Source: an uncultured Thermoplasmata archaeon
GTDB taxonomy: Archaea; Thermoplasmatota; DTKX01; GCA-020343715
DNA length: 64,000 nt
Assembly (NCBI GenBank): GCA_965369625.1
Contig: CBDUQW010000004.1
Location: forward strand, 5,391 to 69,390
Direction of reading: 5' to 3'
The notes below the pieces were generated by a model. That model did no database searches, was not told the DNA's origin, and saw only the letters and a program-made list of their open reading frames with translations. Below, piece after piece: positions 25,197 through 35,238 of the stretch; position 1 is the stretch's first letter, and the number at the start of each line of letters is the position of its first letter. Position numbers and translations under genes: made by a program.

Positions 25197-28069
25197 GGTG
25201 TTTACGAAACTGTCTAACACGGATCATCGGTGATGGTCGCCTTCGTATTCAAGCGGAGGGGTGCCGACTCCCCATTCTCCTTCCTCTCCTCGTACTATTA
25301 TCCATCACCATCATCGCACTGGATGGCGCTGGGTCCAACGAGGTGCTGGATAACTTCGAATGGAAGGTCCCCGGCATGAGCCGGATCTCGGGATATGATC
25401 AGAGGTCCGAAGCGGTGCTTACCGACGAGATCACAGGTGAGATATACGTCGTGTACGTGAACCGTGAGATCAGGTCCTCTGGCTGGACAGTGAATTCACT
25501 GACGTGTGCCCATGTGGATGTGGAGACTGGAAAACTCGTCGATCGGTGGGCGTTCGATTACAGGGGGAACACACGAGCTTATGGCTCGCTCAGTGACAGG
25601 GCCTTCCTCGTTCACGACGGTCACTTCTACTTCCTCTATTATTCCGAGGAGGACGAGCTCGTCCATTTGAGGACTGACAACGACACCGTGGACAGGCTGA
25701 CCTTGACCCTGCCAGCCCACGGGCCAGTGCCCCACTATCGGATCATCGGCATTTACAACGACCGGTTGTACTTCATGGTGAGGGAGGAGAAGGACGGGGA
25801 GGCATTGTTCCACCAGTACACCATTTTCCTCGACGACTTCGACTGGAGCAAGGTCACGGTGATGGTGCAATCCTTCGAGATTGCCAGAGTTGAGTACCTG
25901 TTGAAGGACAGGATGCTGTACGTCCTGATGGAGAGGATCGTTAGTCAAGATTGGCCGTACATCTATGACTTCGTGCTCGACGGTATCAACATGACGACAG
26001 GTGCTAGGTTGTCACCGAGGAATCTGGATATCGAGGTGTTAGGCAGGTATGCTGAGATCCGTTTCGACATCGACTCGGAGGGGAACCTGCACATCGTCCT
26101 GGAGAATCAGGATCAGATTCTCTACAAGGTCAGCCCCACCGGTGAGGTCCTTTCGACAGTCGACCTGCAGACCTTGTGGGGAGAAGACAACGAGTCGTAT
26201 CGGATTCTCGACGCGGATGTGCTGGTGAACAGGACCGACCACGTCTACGTGATCGGGCGGTCCTACCCGAACCATTACAGCAGTGGGGTTCTGGCATCAT
26301 TCGTCCTGTCCTCGGACTACAGTAAAGAAATACTCCGCCACATCATCAATGATGGTGACCCCCGGTTCTTCTACTGGGGGAACTTGGCTACTATGAACGG
26401 AACGGGGGCCGTCTATGTAGCATGGCACTCCCTGGTGGACGACCTTACACAGGTCCTCTTCTCCCACCAGATCCCCCTCACACCCGACCTCGAGCCGAAC
26501 GCAACTGGTTTCTGTGTCGCCGAGGAGCCTGGAGCGCCCGAACCGGTCACCCTCTCCATTCCGATCGATAACGTGGGGAGGGCACCGTGTCGTTCCTACT
26601 GGGTCGATATGGCCTACTCCCTGAACGGTTCAGGGCCCTTCGAGCGCCTCATTGACCGTCGCATTGATACACTTCTGAGGTCCGGTACGTCCAACGTATT
26701 CGAGCTCTCGACGGCCATCCCCCAAGGGAGCCATCGGCTAAGGGTCGTCGTGCACGATGTGTCTCCTTACGAGAACAACGTCTTGAACAATGTCTTCGAG
26801 GCCTGGTTCTACGTGGCGAGTAACAATCCACCCACGATCGAGATACTGACACCGCTGGACGGTCAGGTCGTGAAGGACCTCCTGGTGCTATCCGGTATCA
26901 CAGAGGACCTTGAGACCGGTGGGTCGCTCACGACATTCATCACTGGGCCCCCCCCGATAGTTCTATCAATCGAGGCTCGCGGCCTCTGGAACCATACCAT
27001 CGATATCGCCGATGTCGTGAGCGGGGAGTACGTCTTTAGCTTCCGTGCGTACGATGGCACCGACTATTCCGGCTACGTCCTTAGGAGGGTGAGGATCTCC
27101 CGTGACATCGACAGGTTGCGCCTGGATTCCCTGTCCCCTGAAGGAGATGTCGCACTACTCGAGGGTGAGGAGGAGACCCTGTTCTTCAACGCCTCAGACC
27201 CGCTTTCAAGGCCGCTCGACCACCGATGGCGTATCGGGTCCGGTCGGTGGACAGAGGGCGGAAACTACCATCACTTCAGGGGGGAGACCCCCGGCCGGTT
27301 CTCCCTCCAGGTCGAGGTCACCAACGGTATCACCAGCCTCTCCCACATCTGGAACATCACCGTCGTTGAGCTCATCCCACCCCGGATCGATGGCTTCTCA
27401 CCGGATGACCCTTCGGTAATCCTAGGGAAGAGGGAGAGGATTGACCTTATGATAGTGGTGGTCAACCCCCACGGCCTGCCCTACCAGGTGATATGGACCC
27501 TGGACGGTAACGTTCTTGAAGGGAGCGAGGTGCACTCCCGGAGCCTGTCCTTCGAATCGAGCGGGGAGCGCGTGGTCTCGGCCCTCCTCCTCTGCGCAAT
27601 GACCTCCGAATCGGTTTCGTGGGACGTTACAGTGACGAACTCGGTCCCGACATTGGAATCATGGACCCCCCTTGACCTCATCCTGTCCATCGAGGAGGTG
27701 GTGGAGGTGGTGTTCGAGGTCCTCGCAACCGACGGGGACGGGGATCCCCTGGATTACCTTTGGACCGTTGATGGGGAGGGCCTCCCGAGCAACACTTCAG
27801 GTATCGTCGTCATCACCCTGCCATGCAATAACGACGCCCCGTACATTGTGGAGGTCCAAGTGACCGACGGCGAGGCCTGGGAATCGCTCGAATGGACCAT
27901 CCAGCCCGAACCTCCCATCTCCCCCACTGTGAACCCTGAGAGTTCGATCCCCTGGAAGACCGTGGGGCTGTCCATCGCCATCCTCATCGCCGTTGTATGT
28001 TCGATGTTGTTCGCCATCTACCACGTAAGAGGGCGGTCACGTCAAGGTCCCGATAGTGGAGAATCCTGA
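25193..28069 (+). CDS. Large cell-surface protein, paralog B
   Basis: Collinear similarity to paralog A (DNFEWKVPGMS vs DNYEWKTPEMS; LVHDGHFYFLY; DVLVNRTD); probable TTG start overlapping the upstream TGA. Confidence 0.8.
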   Translation: MRCLRNCLTRIIGDGRLRIQAEGCRLPILLPLLVLLSITIIALDGAGSNEVLDNFEWKVPGMSRISGYDQRSEAVLTDEITGEIYVVYVNREIRSSGWTVNSLTCAHVDVETGKLVDRWAFDYRGNTRAYGSLSDRAFLVHDGHFYFLYYSEEDELVHLRTDNDTVDRLTLTLPAHGPVPHYRIIGIYNDRLYFMVREEKDGEALFHQYTIFLDDFDWSKVTVMVQSFEIARVEYLLKDRMLYVLMERIVSQDWPYIYDFVLDGINMTTGARLSPRNLDIEVLGRYAEIRFDIDSEGNLHIVLENQDQILYKVSPTGEVLSTVDLQTLWGEDNESYRILDADVLVNRTDHVYVIGRSYPNHYSSGVLASFVLSSDYSKEILRHIINDGDPRFFYWGNLATMNGTGAVYVAWHSLVDDLTQVLFSHQIPLTPDLEPNATGFCVAEEPGAPEPVTLSIPIDNVGRAPCRSYWVDMAYSLNGSGPFERLIDRRIDTLLRSGTSNVFELSTAIPQGSHRLRVVVHDVSPYENNVLNNVFEAWFYVASNNPPTIEILTPLDGQVVKDLLVLSGITEDLETGGSLTTFITGPPPIVLSIEARGLWNHTIDIADVVSGEYVFSFRAYDGTDYSGYVLRRVRISRDIDRLRLDSLSPEGDVALLEGEEETLFFNASDPLSRPLDHRWRIGSGRWTEGGNYHHFRGETPGRFSLQVEVTNGITSLSHIWNITVVELIPPRIDGFSPDDPSVILGKRERIDLMIVVVNPHGLPYQVIWTLDGNVLEGSEVHSRSLSFESSGERVVSALLLCAMTSESVSWDVTVTNSVPTLESWTPLDLILSIEEVVEVVFEVLATDGDGDPLDYLWTVDGEGLPSNTSGIVVITLPCNNDAPYIVEVQVTDGEAWESLEWTIQPEPPISPTVNPESSIPWKTVGLSIAILIAVVCSMLFAIYHVRGRSRQGPDSGES

Positions 28070-28154
28070 TCGAGGGACCGTTCCAGCCAATCGGCAGGGA
28101 AAACCTATTTCTCCCACCCGACGGGTACCCGCTCTCCCCGGGGAGGAATTGAAC

Positions 28155-29630
28155 ATGGCCTTCGGAGAGGACCTTCCAGAACTTGACAATGACCTGATCG
28201 TCGCCTCGATGGAACGCGCGTCTGAGCTTGGTGCGAAGTACGCCGACGTCCGCGTCGAGGCGGTGGAGAGGGAGGGAGCCAGCGCCGAGAACGGTATCAT
28301 CAAGACCCTGGCGGTGACCAGCGGGACCAGCCTGGGCGTGAGGGCCCTGGCCGGTGGTGGATGGGGCTTCGCCTCCTTCGACGTCCCCGAGGCCACCATG
28401 CTGGGAGACCGTCTCCGCGATGCGGTGGAGAGGGCCGTCCGCCAGGCCAAGGCCACCGCCCGCTTCGAGGAGGTCCGCCTCGCTCCCGTGGAGCCCGTGG
28501 TCGCCGACCTGCCCCTGGACATCGGCAAGGAGCCGTGGCCCCTGGAGGGCAAGCAGGACGAGATCGTATCCATCACCAAGGAGATGACCGGCATCGAGGG
28601 GGTGGCCCTGGCCACCGGAACGCTGAAGCACTCCCTCCTGGACACCGTCTTCGCCACCACCGAGGGCGCCCGCATCACCCGCAGGTACGTCATCACCGAG
28701 GGGAGCTACTACGTCCACGCCGTGGGTCCCGACGACGCCCAGGGCATTTGGAGGCCCTTCGGCGTGATGGGCGGACTGGACCTCATGGTGGGCGACAACG
28801 ACCCCAGGGACCTGGGCATGAGGATCGCCAACACCGCCGTCGAGCTGGCCACCGTGGCGAAGGTGCCGAAGGACGGCAAGACCGACGTCATCACCACCCC
28901 CGAGTTCGACCAGCTGCTGGTCCACGAGATCGTCGGCCACCCGACGGAGGCCGACCGCATCCTGGGCGGCGAGAGCGCCTGGGCCGGCAGGGCCTGGTGG
29001 TCCAACAAGTCGGGTGACGTGGTGGGCTCCGAGCTGGTCAACGTGGTCTCCGACGCCCGGCCCATCGAGGGTCACAAGGGCGGCTTCGGGACCTTCGAGT
29101 ACGATGACGAGGGCGTGCCCTCCCAGCGGGTCCGACACATCGTCAACGGCCGCCTATCCGAGTTCCTCCACAGCCGACAGAGCGCCGCGGCCATGATGGT
29201 CGAGCCCAACGGCGGCATGAGGGCCATCACCGCCGCCAAGGTGCCCATCGTCCGGATGACCAACACCTACTTCGAGGCGAACCCCGAGGGCCCCTCCACC
29301 CTGGAGGAGTGCATCGAGGACGTCAAGGAGGGCGTCATACTGGGAGAGTCCTCCATCCCCTCCATCGATTCCGTCCGCCTCCGTTGGCAGATCAACGCCT
29401 ACGAGGGCTGGAGGGTCGAGAACGGCGAGATCGTGGGACGGCTCAAGAACCTGGCGTTCCTGGGCAACACCCCCGAGTACTTCCATACCGTGCGGACCGT
29501 GGGCAACGAGAGGACCTGGAAATTGCTTCCCATCCCCAACTGCGGGAAGGGCGACCCCATGCAGATCCAGCGCATCGGGAACGGCGGCCCCGTCCTGGTG
29601 GGCGAGGGCAACATCGTGGGGGTGGCCTAG
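28155..29630 (+). CDS. tldD: TldD metalloprotease subunit
   Basis: HEIVGHPTEAD (HExxxH), YDDEGV, RMTNTY and CGKG. Confidence 0.93.
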   Translation: MAFGEDLPELDNDLIVASMERASELGAKYADVRVEAVEREGASAENGIIKTLAVTSGTSLGVRALAGGGWGFASFDVPEATMLGDRLRDAVERAVRQAKATARFEEVRLAPVEPVVADLPLDIGKEPWPLEGKQDEIVSITKEMTGIEGVALATGTLKHSLLDTVFATTEGARITRRYVITEGSYYVHAVGPDDAQGIWRPFGVMGGLDLMVGDNDPRDLGMRIANTAVELATVAKVPKDGKTDVITTPEFDQLLVHEIVGHPTEADRILGGESAWAGRAWWSNKSGDVVGSELVNVVSDARPIEGHKGGFGTFEYDDEGVPSQRVRHIVNGRLSEFLHSRQSAAAMMVEPNGGMRAITAAKVPIVRMTNTYFEANPEGPSTLEECIEDVKEGVILGESSIPSIDSVRLRWQINAYEGWRVENGEIVGRLKNLAFLGNTPEYFHTVRTVGNERTWKLLPIPNCGKGDPMQIQRIGNGGPVLVGEGNIVGVA

Positions 29631-31109
29631 ATGGCGGGGGACGTGGACCTTGTCGGCATCGGCGAGCGCCTACTCACCAAGGCCCAGTCCATGGACGGCG
29701 TGTCAGAGGCGGAGGCGTACGTCTCCTCCAACGTCCTGACCATGGCACGCATCGAGACCCTCGCGGCCCCCGGGACCGTGGCCCGGCCCTCCATCCAGCA
29801 GCTCAAGCGGCTGACGGACGTGGGCGCGTCGGTGCGCGTCGTCATCAACGGCGCCGTGGGACAGTCCAACACCAACGACCTGTCCTCCGCGGCCCTCGAC
29901 GCCCTGGTGGAACGGGCCGCGCGGTCGGCCAGCATCATGACCCCGGACCCCAACTTCGTCTCCCTCCCCATACCCCTGGACCGGAGGGGGCCCAGCCTGC
30001 TGACGGACCGGGAGATACTCGAGGGCTCCGTGGAGGACAGCCTTGCCGACGAGGCCGAGGCCGCCATCTCGTCCCTGGAGCCCGAGCTGGAGCTGGCGGG
30101 CTCCATCATCGCCGTCGGCTCCAAGGTCGCCGTGGTCAACTCCCACGGCATCGACCTGCGCGACGAGATCGACACCTTCGCCGTGGCCCAGTTCACCGTG
30201 GAGCAGATGGACGGCCCCTCGGCCCTGTCGTCGGGCATGGGCTGGTCCACCGGCAGGCGGCTGGCCGACCTGGACGCCGGGGACGCCGCCCTCCAGGGGG
30301 CCGAGCTGGCCCGCCTCAGGCCCGAGCGCACCTCGGTGCCCGAGGGCGATTACAACGTCATCCTGGGCGAGTACGCGGTCGCCGACGTGCTGGACAACAT
30401 GATGGGCAGCCCGATGGACCTGGGTTCCATCTACATGGGGATGTCATGGATGCCCAACGAGAGGAAGGAGCTGCGCAGCGGTCGTGAGGCGCCGGTGCCC
30501 AAGCTGGGCGAGGAGGTTGCGGTGCCCGAGTTCTCGCTGGTGGAGAACCCCACCCTGGAGAACGGCATCCTGTCCCACACCCACGACGACGAGGGCATAC
30601 CCACCCGGAAGGTGGATATCATCAAGGACGGCATCTACACCGACGTCATCGGGACCTCCTACTGGTCGTACCTCTACGACCGGGAGCCCACGGGGAGCGG
30701 CATCCGCCGGTACACCGACCCCGGCAGGTGCTCGGGCTCGGCGCCCGACGCCTTCGGCACCAACCTGATGGTGCCGCCCGGTGACATGACCCTGGAGGAG
30801 ATGATCGAGGCCTCCGAGGGACCCACCATCTACGTGCCCCGGACCTGGTACACCTACCCCACCAGGTACGGCGCCCCCGGGTTCAGCAGCTCCAACAGGT
30901 CCACCGCCTTCGTGGTGGAGAAGGGCGAGCTGGTCCCGGTGGTCCCCAACGCCTTCAAGCTGACGGGGGACATGACGGAGATCCTCAGCACCATCTACGG
31001 GATGGGCAGGGAGGTCAAGACGGCCACCACCTGGCTGGTGATGAGGGCGCCCATCGTGCCCAAGATGGCCAGCCGCGGCATCCGGGTATCCAAGCCCGCG
31101 GGCGGCTAA
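29631..31109 (+). CDS. pmbA: TldE/PmbA subunit
   Basis: Directly follows tldD; VVNSHG and DDEGIP; lacks the HExxH motif. Confidence 0.88.
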   Translation: MAGDVDLVGIGERLLTKAQSMDGVSEAEAYVSSNVLTMARIETLAAPGTVARPSIQQLKRLTDVGASVRVVINGAVGQSNTNDLSSAALDALVERAARSASIMTPDPNFVSLPIPLDRRGPSLLTDREILEGSVEDSLADEAEAAISSLEPELELAGSIIAVGSKVAVVNSHGIDLRDEIDTFAVAQFTVEQMDGPSALSSGMGWSTGRRLADLDAGDAALQGAELARLRPERTSVPEGDYNVILGEYAVADVLDNMMGSPMDLGSIYMGMSWMPNERKELRSGREAPVPKLGEEVAVPEFSLVENPTLENGILSHTHDDEGIPTRKVDIIKDGIYTDVIGTSYWSYLYDREPTGSGIRRYTDPGRCSGSAPDAFGTNLMVPPGDMTLEEMIEASEGPTIYVPRTWYTYPTRYGAPGFSSSNRSTAFVVEKGELVPVVPNAFKLTGDMTEILSTIYGMGREVKTATTWLVMRAPIVPKMASRGIRVSKPAGG

Positions 31110-31160
31110 TCCACCCACCCCCCCGGACGCCTTATCTAGGCCCTCCGCGATGGGGGGACG

Positions 31161-33653
31161 ATGGCCGACCCGGCCCAGTCCCCCTTCGAGCTGGACGAGC
31201 TACTCGAGCTGGTGCACTCGGCATGCCACCAGGTCATCTCCGGGACGGGCAAGGTCAACCGCCCCTACCTGCGCAAGGCCCTCTCGTCACTGGGCCACGC
31301 CCTGGGCTACTCCTCGCGGGAGGAGGAGGGACCCAAGAGCCGGACCGGGAGGGCGGACCTGGTCTGGGAGCGGGACGGTGGGCCCGCCGTCGCCATCGCA
31401 ATCGGCAGGGGCCTCCGTGTGAGCCTGGCCCTGGCGCTCCTGGACACCGGCGCGCCCACGGGCGTCCTCGTGGTCGCCTCGGGCATGGGGGATGCCTGGC
31501 AGCGGGAGGTCGAGGCCTTCAGGCGGGCCGCGATACCGTCCCGCGAGGGTGCACTGCTGCACTCGGGGGTCCACGTGGTGGTCCTGAACATCGCCCTTGA
31601 CGGCGACTACGTGATCGAGGCGGGAGGGGTGCTCCCCATGCGACACTTCGCCGTGGCCGACCTCCTGGAGGACCCTGAATGGGAGGGTCTTGGATGGCTG
31701 CGCGAGAGGACCGAGGTGAGCTCCTCGGTGTCCCTCGGAGGGGGTGGCGAGCGCGACTTCGTGGACAGGAGGGTCTACCCACTGTTCCCTCACAATCGGG
31801 TCAGGAAGGGGCAGCTGAGGTTCCTCGACGACGTCCATTCGGCCGTCGAGCAGGGCGGCCTCCTGGTGGCCCACGCACCCACCGGCATCGGCAAGACGGC
31901 GTCGGTCCTCGTGCCCGCCGTGCAGCATGCCCTGGACGAGGGTCGGCTCGTCATGTTCCTGACGCCCAAGCAATCCCAGCATCGCATAGCCATCGAGACC
32001 CTCAGGAGGATGGACGCCATATCGGAGGAGCGCATACGCGTGGTGGACGTCATCGCCAAGCAGGCCATGTGCCCAAGGGTCCCGCCCTCGACCCACCACG
32101 CGGCCTTCCACGAGTTCTGCCAGAGCCAGGTGAAGATGGGGCGCTGCCGCCTCTACCGGCGCCCGAACACCGCCGTCGTGAAGGGCATCCTGGGCAGGAT
32201 CATGCACGTGGAGGAGCTACGGAAGGTGGCCAAGAGGGCGGGGGTCTGCCCCCACAAGGCGGCCCTGGACGCCGCCGGGGGAGCCCACGTCCTGGTCTGT
32301 GATTACAACTATGCCTTCGTGCCCGAACTGGCCGAGGCGATCTCCTCCCGGGTCGAGCGGGGCTGGGAGGACGTGGTGGTCATCGTCGACGAGGCCCACA
32401 ACCTGCCAGACCGGGCCCGGGAGGCGGCCTCGGGAAGCCTCTCCCAGTTCCTCCTGGAGCGGGCGGGGGACGAGCTGAAGGGCCAGGACGGTCATCTTCG
32501 GAGGGCGATGGTCCAAATGGGGGAGCGGCTGGACGATCTGGCGGGCGACCTCCCCGGAGGCGACGAGGTGGCCGTCGAGCCCCGGACCTGGACCGATGCC
32601 GTGGAGGCGTCCCTGGCGTCGAGCCTCGAGCCGATGGGGTACGAGGACCTGGTGGAGGCCCTCAAGGACGCGGGGCGCGAGCTGTCGTCGGAGGAGGAAC
32701 TGGGCGGGTCTGCCGTGACGGAGGTGGCCACCTTCCTCGACGGGTTCCCCAAGGGCGCCGACGAGGTGCTCAGGACGCTGACGGTGGATGGGGGTGCGCG
32801 CCTCAACTTCCGGCTGCTGGACCCATCGGCGGTGACCAAGGAGCGCTTCGATTCGGTCCACGCGGCCATACTGATGTCGGGCACCCTCTGGCCCGTCGGG
32901 ATGTACGCGGACCTGCTGGGCCTGGACTCGGACCGGACGCGGTTCGGGGAGTACAGGTCCCCCTTCCCTCCAGAGAACCGCCTCGTGCTCGTTACCCCGG
33001 GCCTCACCACCAAGTACACCTCCAGGGGCCCCCAGATGTACGCCCGCATCGCGGGAGGCATCTCCGACGTGCTCAAGGCAACACCGGGCAACGTGGCCGT
33101 GTTCACGCCCTCCTACGCCCTCCTGTCCAGCATCAGGGACGCCCTGGAGGGCGGCGGGAGGGGAGCCCTCGACGGGAAGGAGGTGCTGGCCGAGGAGAGG
33201 GGCATGAGCAAGCGGGACCGGGAAGGGATGATAGACCGCCTCGGCGGCCTCCGGGACGGGATCGGCGGCGTGCTCCTGGGGGTCCAGGGAGGCTCCCTCA
33301 GCGAGGGCGTCGACTACTTCGGGAACATCCTGTCGGCGGTGGTGGTGGTCGGACTGCCCCTGGCGCCCCCCTCGAAGGTGGTGGACGCGCTGATCGCCTA
33401 CTTCGACCGGAAGTTCGGCAAGGGGCGGGGGGACGCGTACGGTTACGTCAACCCGGCCATGAACAGGGTCGTGCAGGCGGCGGGGAGGTTGATACGGACG
33501 GAGGAGGACCGTGGAGTGGTGGTCCTGATGGACGAGAGGTTCTCCAACAAACGGTACCTGAGGACCTTCCCCCCGGACTGGACCCCGAGGAGGGCCGACG
33601 ACCTGGGGTCGGACGTGGCGGCCTTCTTCGCCAGGGACCCGAGGGGGACCTAG
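31161..33653 (+). CDS. xpd: XPD/Rad3-family Fe-S DNA helicase with ~200-aa N-terminal extension
   Basis: Q motif RKGQ, APTGIGKT, four Fe-S Cys, DEAHNL, MSGTL, SEGVD and QAAGRLIR. Confidence 0.9.
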   Translation: MADPAQSPFELDELLELVHSACHQVISGTGKVNRPYLRKALSSLGHALGYSSREEEGPKSRTGRADLVWERDGGPAVAIAIGRGLRVSLALALLDTGAPTGVLVVASGMGDAWQREVEAFRRAAIPSREGALLHSGVHVVVLNIALDGDYVIEAGGVLPMRHFAVADLLEDPEWEGLGWLRERTEVSSSVSLGGGGERDFVDRRVYPLFPHNRVRKGQLRFLDDVHSAVEQGGLLVAHAPTGIGKTASVLVPAVQHALDEGRLVMFLTPKQSQHRIAIETLRRMDAISEERIRVVDVIAKQAMCPRVPPSTHHAAFHEFCQSQVKMGRCRLYRRPNTAVVKGILGRIMHVEELRKVAKRAGVCPHKAALDAAGGAHVLVCDYNYAFVPELAEAISSRVERGWEDVVVIVDEAHNLPDRAREAASGSLSQFLLERAGDELKGQDGHLRRAMVQMGERLDDLAGDLPGGDEVAVEPRTWTDAVEASLASSLEPMGYEDLVEALKDAGRELSSEEELGGSAVTEVATFLDGFPKGADEVLRTLTVDGGARLNFRLLDPSAVTKERFDSVHAAILMSGTLWPVGMYADLLGLDSDRTRFGEYRSPFPPENRLVLVTPGLTTKYTSRGPQMYARIAGGISDVLKATPGNVAVFTPSYALLSSIRDALEGGGRGALDGKEVLAEERGMSKRDREGMIDRLGGLRDGIGGVLLGVQGGSLSEGVDYFGNILSAVVVVGLPLAPPSKVVDALIAYFDRKFGKGRGDAYGYVNPAMNRVVQAAGRLIRTEEDRGVVVLMDERFSNKRYLRTFPPDWTPRRADDLGSDVAAFFARDPRGT

Positions 33654-34243
33654 GTCTTCCGGTACTCGGCGACGAAGTCCTTGTAGTTGTTGAATATGTC
33701 GTAGCCGTGCTCCGTCTGCTCCACCTCGGGGTGGAACTGGGTGCCGAACCAGGGCTTGGTGTCGTGGGCCGCCGCCTGGACCTCGCAGTGCTCTGAACGG
33801 GCGATGGAGCGGAAGCCCTCGGGGAGCCTGGTCACGTGGTCGTTGTGGGACGTCCACGCGATGAAGTGGTCCGGGACGCCCTTGAGGATGGTGTCCTCCT
33901 CGATTACCTCGATCTCGGTGCGGCCGAACTCAGGCGCCTCCTGGGCCCCCACCTTGCCGTCCAGGTAGAGGGCGAAGAACTGGAGCCCCACACAGATGGC
34001 CAGGAGAGGCATCTCGCCCGAGTCGATGTAATCGCTGCACTTCCCGAGCAGGTCTGGCCGGAACCCCACGCGGGTCGCCCCGCCCGACAGGACCAGCCCG
34101 TCGGCCTCGATCTCCTCGAGGGGGGTGGTGTTGGGGATGATCCTCGTCTCCGCCCCGATGTAGCGGAGGACCCTCCACTCCCGGTGGGTCCACTGCCCGC
34201 CGTTGTCGACCACGTCGATCCTGATCTTGCTCAAGGGCTTCAC
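33650..34243 (-). CDS. guaAA: GMP synthase glutamine amidotransferase subunit A
   Basis: VVDNGGQWTHRE, LSGG, AICVG, SHND and QFHPEV; start approximate. Confidence 0.93.
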   Translation of the reverse strand: MKPLSKIRIDVVDNGGQWTHREWRVLRYIGAETRIIPNTTPLEEIEADGLVLSGGATRVGFRPDLLGKCSDYIDSGEMPLLAICVGLQFFALYLDGKVGAQEAPEFGRTEIEVIEEDTILKGVPDHFIAWTSHNDHVTRLPEGFRSIARSEHCEVQAAAHDTKPWFGTQFHPEVEQTEHGYDIFNNYKDFVAEYRKT

Positions 34244-34260
34244 CGCTCGCCGGCCGACCT

Positions 34261-35214
34261 TCACCCCTGCAGCTGGGTCCGCATCCACTCGATGGTGGTC
34301 CCGAGGCCCTGCTGGAGGGGTGTTCCAGCCTTGAAACCCAGAAGGGATTCCGCCTTATCAATCTTCGCAACGCTGTGCCGGATGTCCCCCGGCCTGCCGG
34401 GGCCGTGGCGCACTTTCGAGGGGCTCCCTGAGACCGAGACTATGTCGTTGGCCAGTTCCTCGATGGAGATGCCCCTCCCCGTGCCGATGTTGATGGGCTC
34501 GCCCTTGGCCTCCGGCGACCTCAGGGCGGACAGGACCGCCCGCGCAACGTCGGCGACGTAGACGAAGTCCCGGGTCTGCCCGCCGTCGCCGTTGACCGTC
34601 AGGTCCTCCCCGAGGAGGGCGGCCCTGATGAACACCGAGATCACGCCCGAGTAGGGGCTCCGGGGATGCTGTCGGGGCCCGTAGACGTTGAAGAACCGGA
34701 GGCCGCAGACCGCGAGATCGGTGTGGTGGGCGTAGTATTGGACGAAGTGGTCCACGGCCAGCTTGCCCGCCCCGTAGGGGGAGATGGGCCTGTGGGGGCC
34801 GTCCTCCGCAACGGGGACCGGGGCCTCTCCGTAGACGGCGGCGGAGGATGCCACCACGGCGGACCTGGCTCCCGCCTGGTGCAGGGCCTCCAGCACGTGG
34901 ACGGACCCGAGGACGTTGGCCTCCACCGTCCCGGCGGGGTCCTCGATGGAGGCGGCCACCTCGGTCCGGGCCGCGAGGTGGACGCCCATGGTGACGCCCT
35001 CCATGGCCGCGGGCGGAACGACGGCGGCGTCCGCCTCGACGATCCGGAGACCGGGCGCATCCTCCAGATGGGAGAGGTTGACCATCGAGCCGGTGGACAG
35101 GTCGTCAACGACCACCACCTGGGCACCCTGGTCGAGCAGCGCCTCCGTGACGTGGGAGCCTATGAAGCCGGCGCCTCCGGTAACAAGCACCCGTTCTCCT
35201 GAGAAGGGTCCCAC
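34261..35214 (-). CDS. NAD-dependent epimerase/dehydratase (UDP-glucose 4-epimerase-like)
   Basis: TGGAGFIGS, SSAAVYG, SPYGAGK, FNVYGPRQ and QTRDFVYV. Confidence 0.93.
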   Translation of the reverse strand: MGPFSGERVLVTGGAGFIGSHVTEALLDQGAQVVVVDDLSTGSMVNLSHLEDAPGLRIVEADAAVVPPAAMEGVTMGVHLAARTEVAASIEDPAGTVEANVLGSVHVLEALHQAGARSAVVASSAAVYGEAPVPVAEDGPHRPISPYGAGKLAVDHFVQYYAHHTDLAVCGLRFFNVYGPRQHPRSPYSGVISVFIRAALLGEDLTVNGDGGQTRDFVYVADVARAVLSALRSPEAKGEPINIGTGRGISIEELANDIVSVSGSPSKVRHGPGRPGDIRHSVAKIDKAESLLGFKAGTPLQQGLGTTIEWMRTQLQG

Positions 35215-35238
35215 CTAGGTCACCCCGCGGGACGGCGC

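Noticed and set aside
22302..28069. Diversity-generating retroelement or mobile island
   Set aside because: No reverse transcriptase, TR/VR pair, integrase, transposase or att repeats seen in the window.
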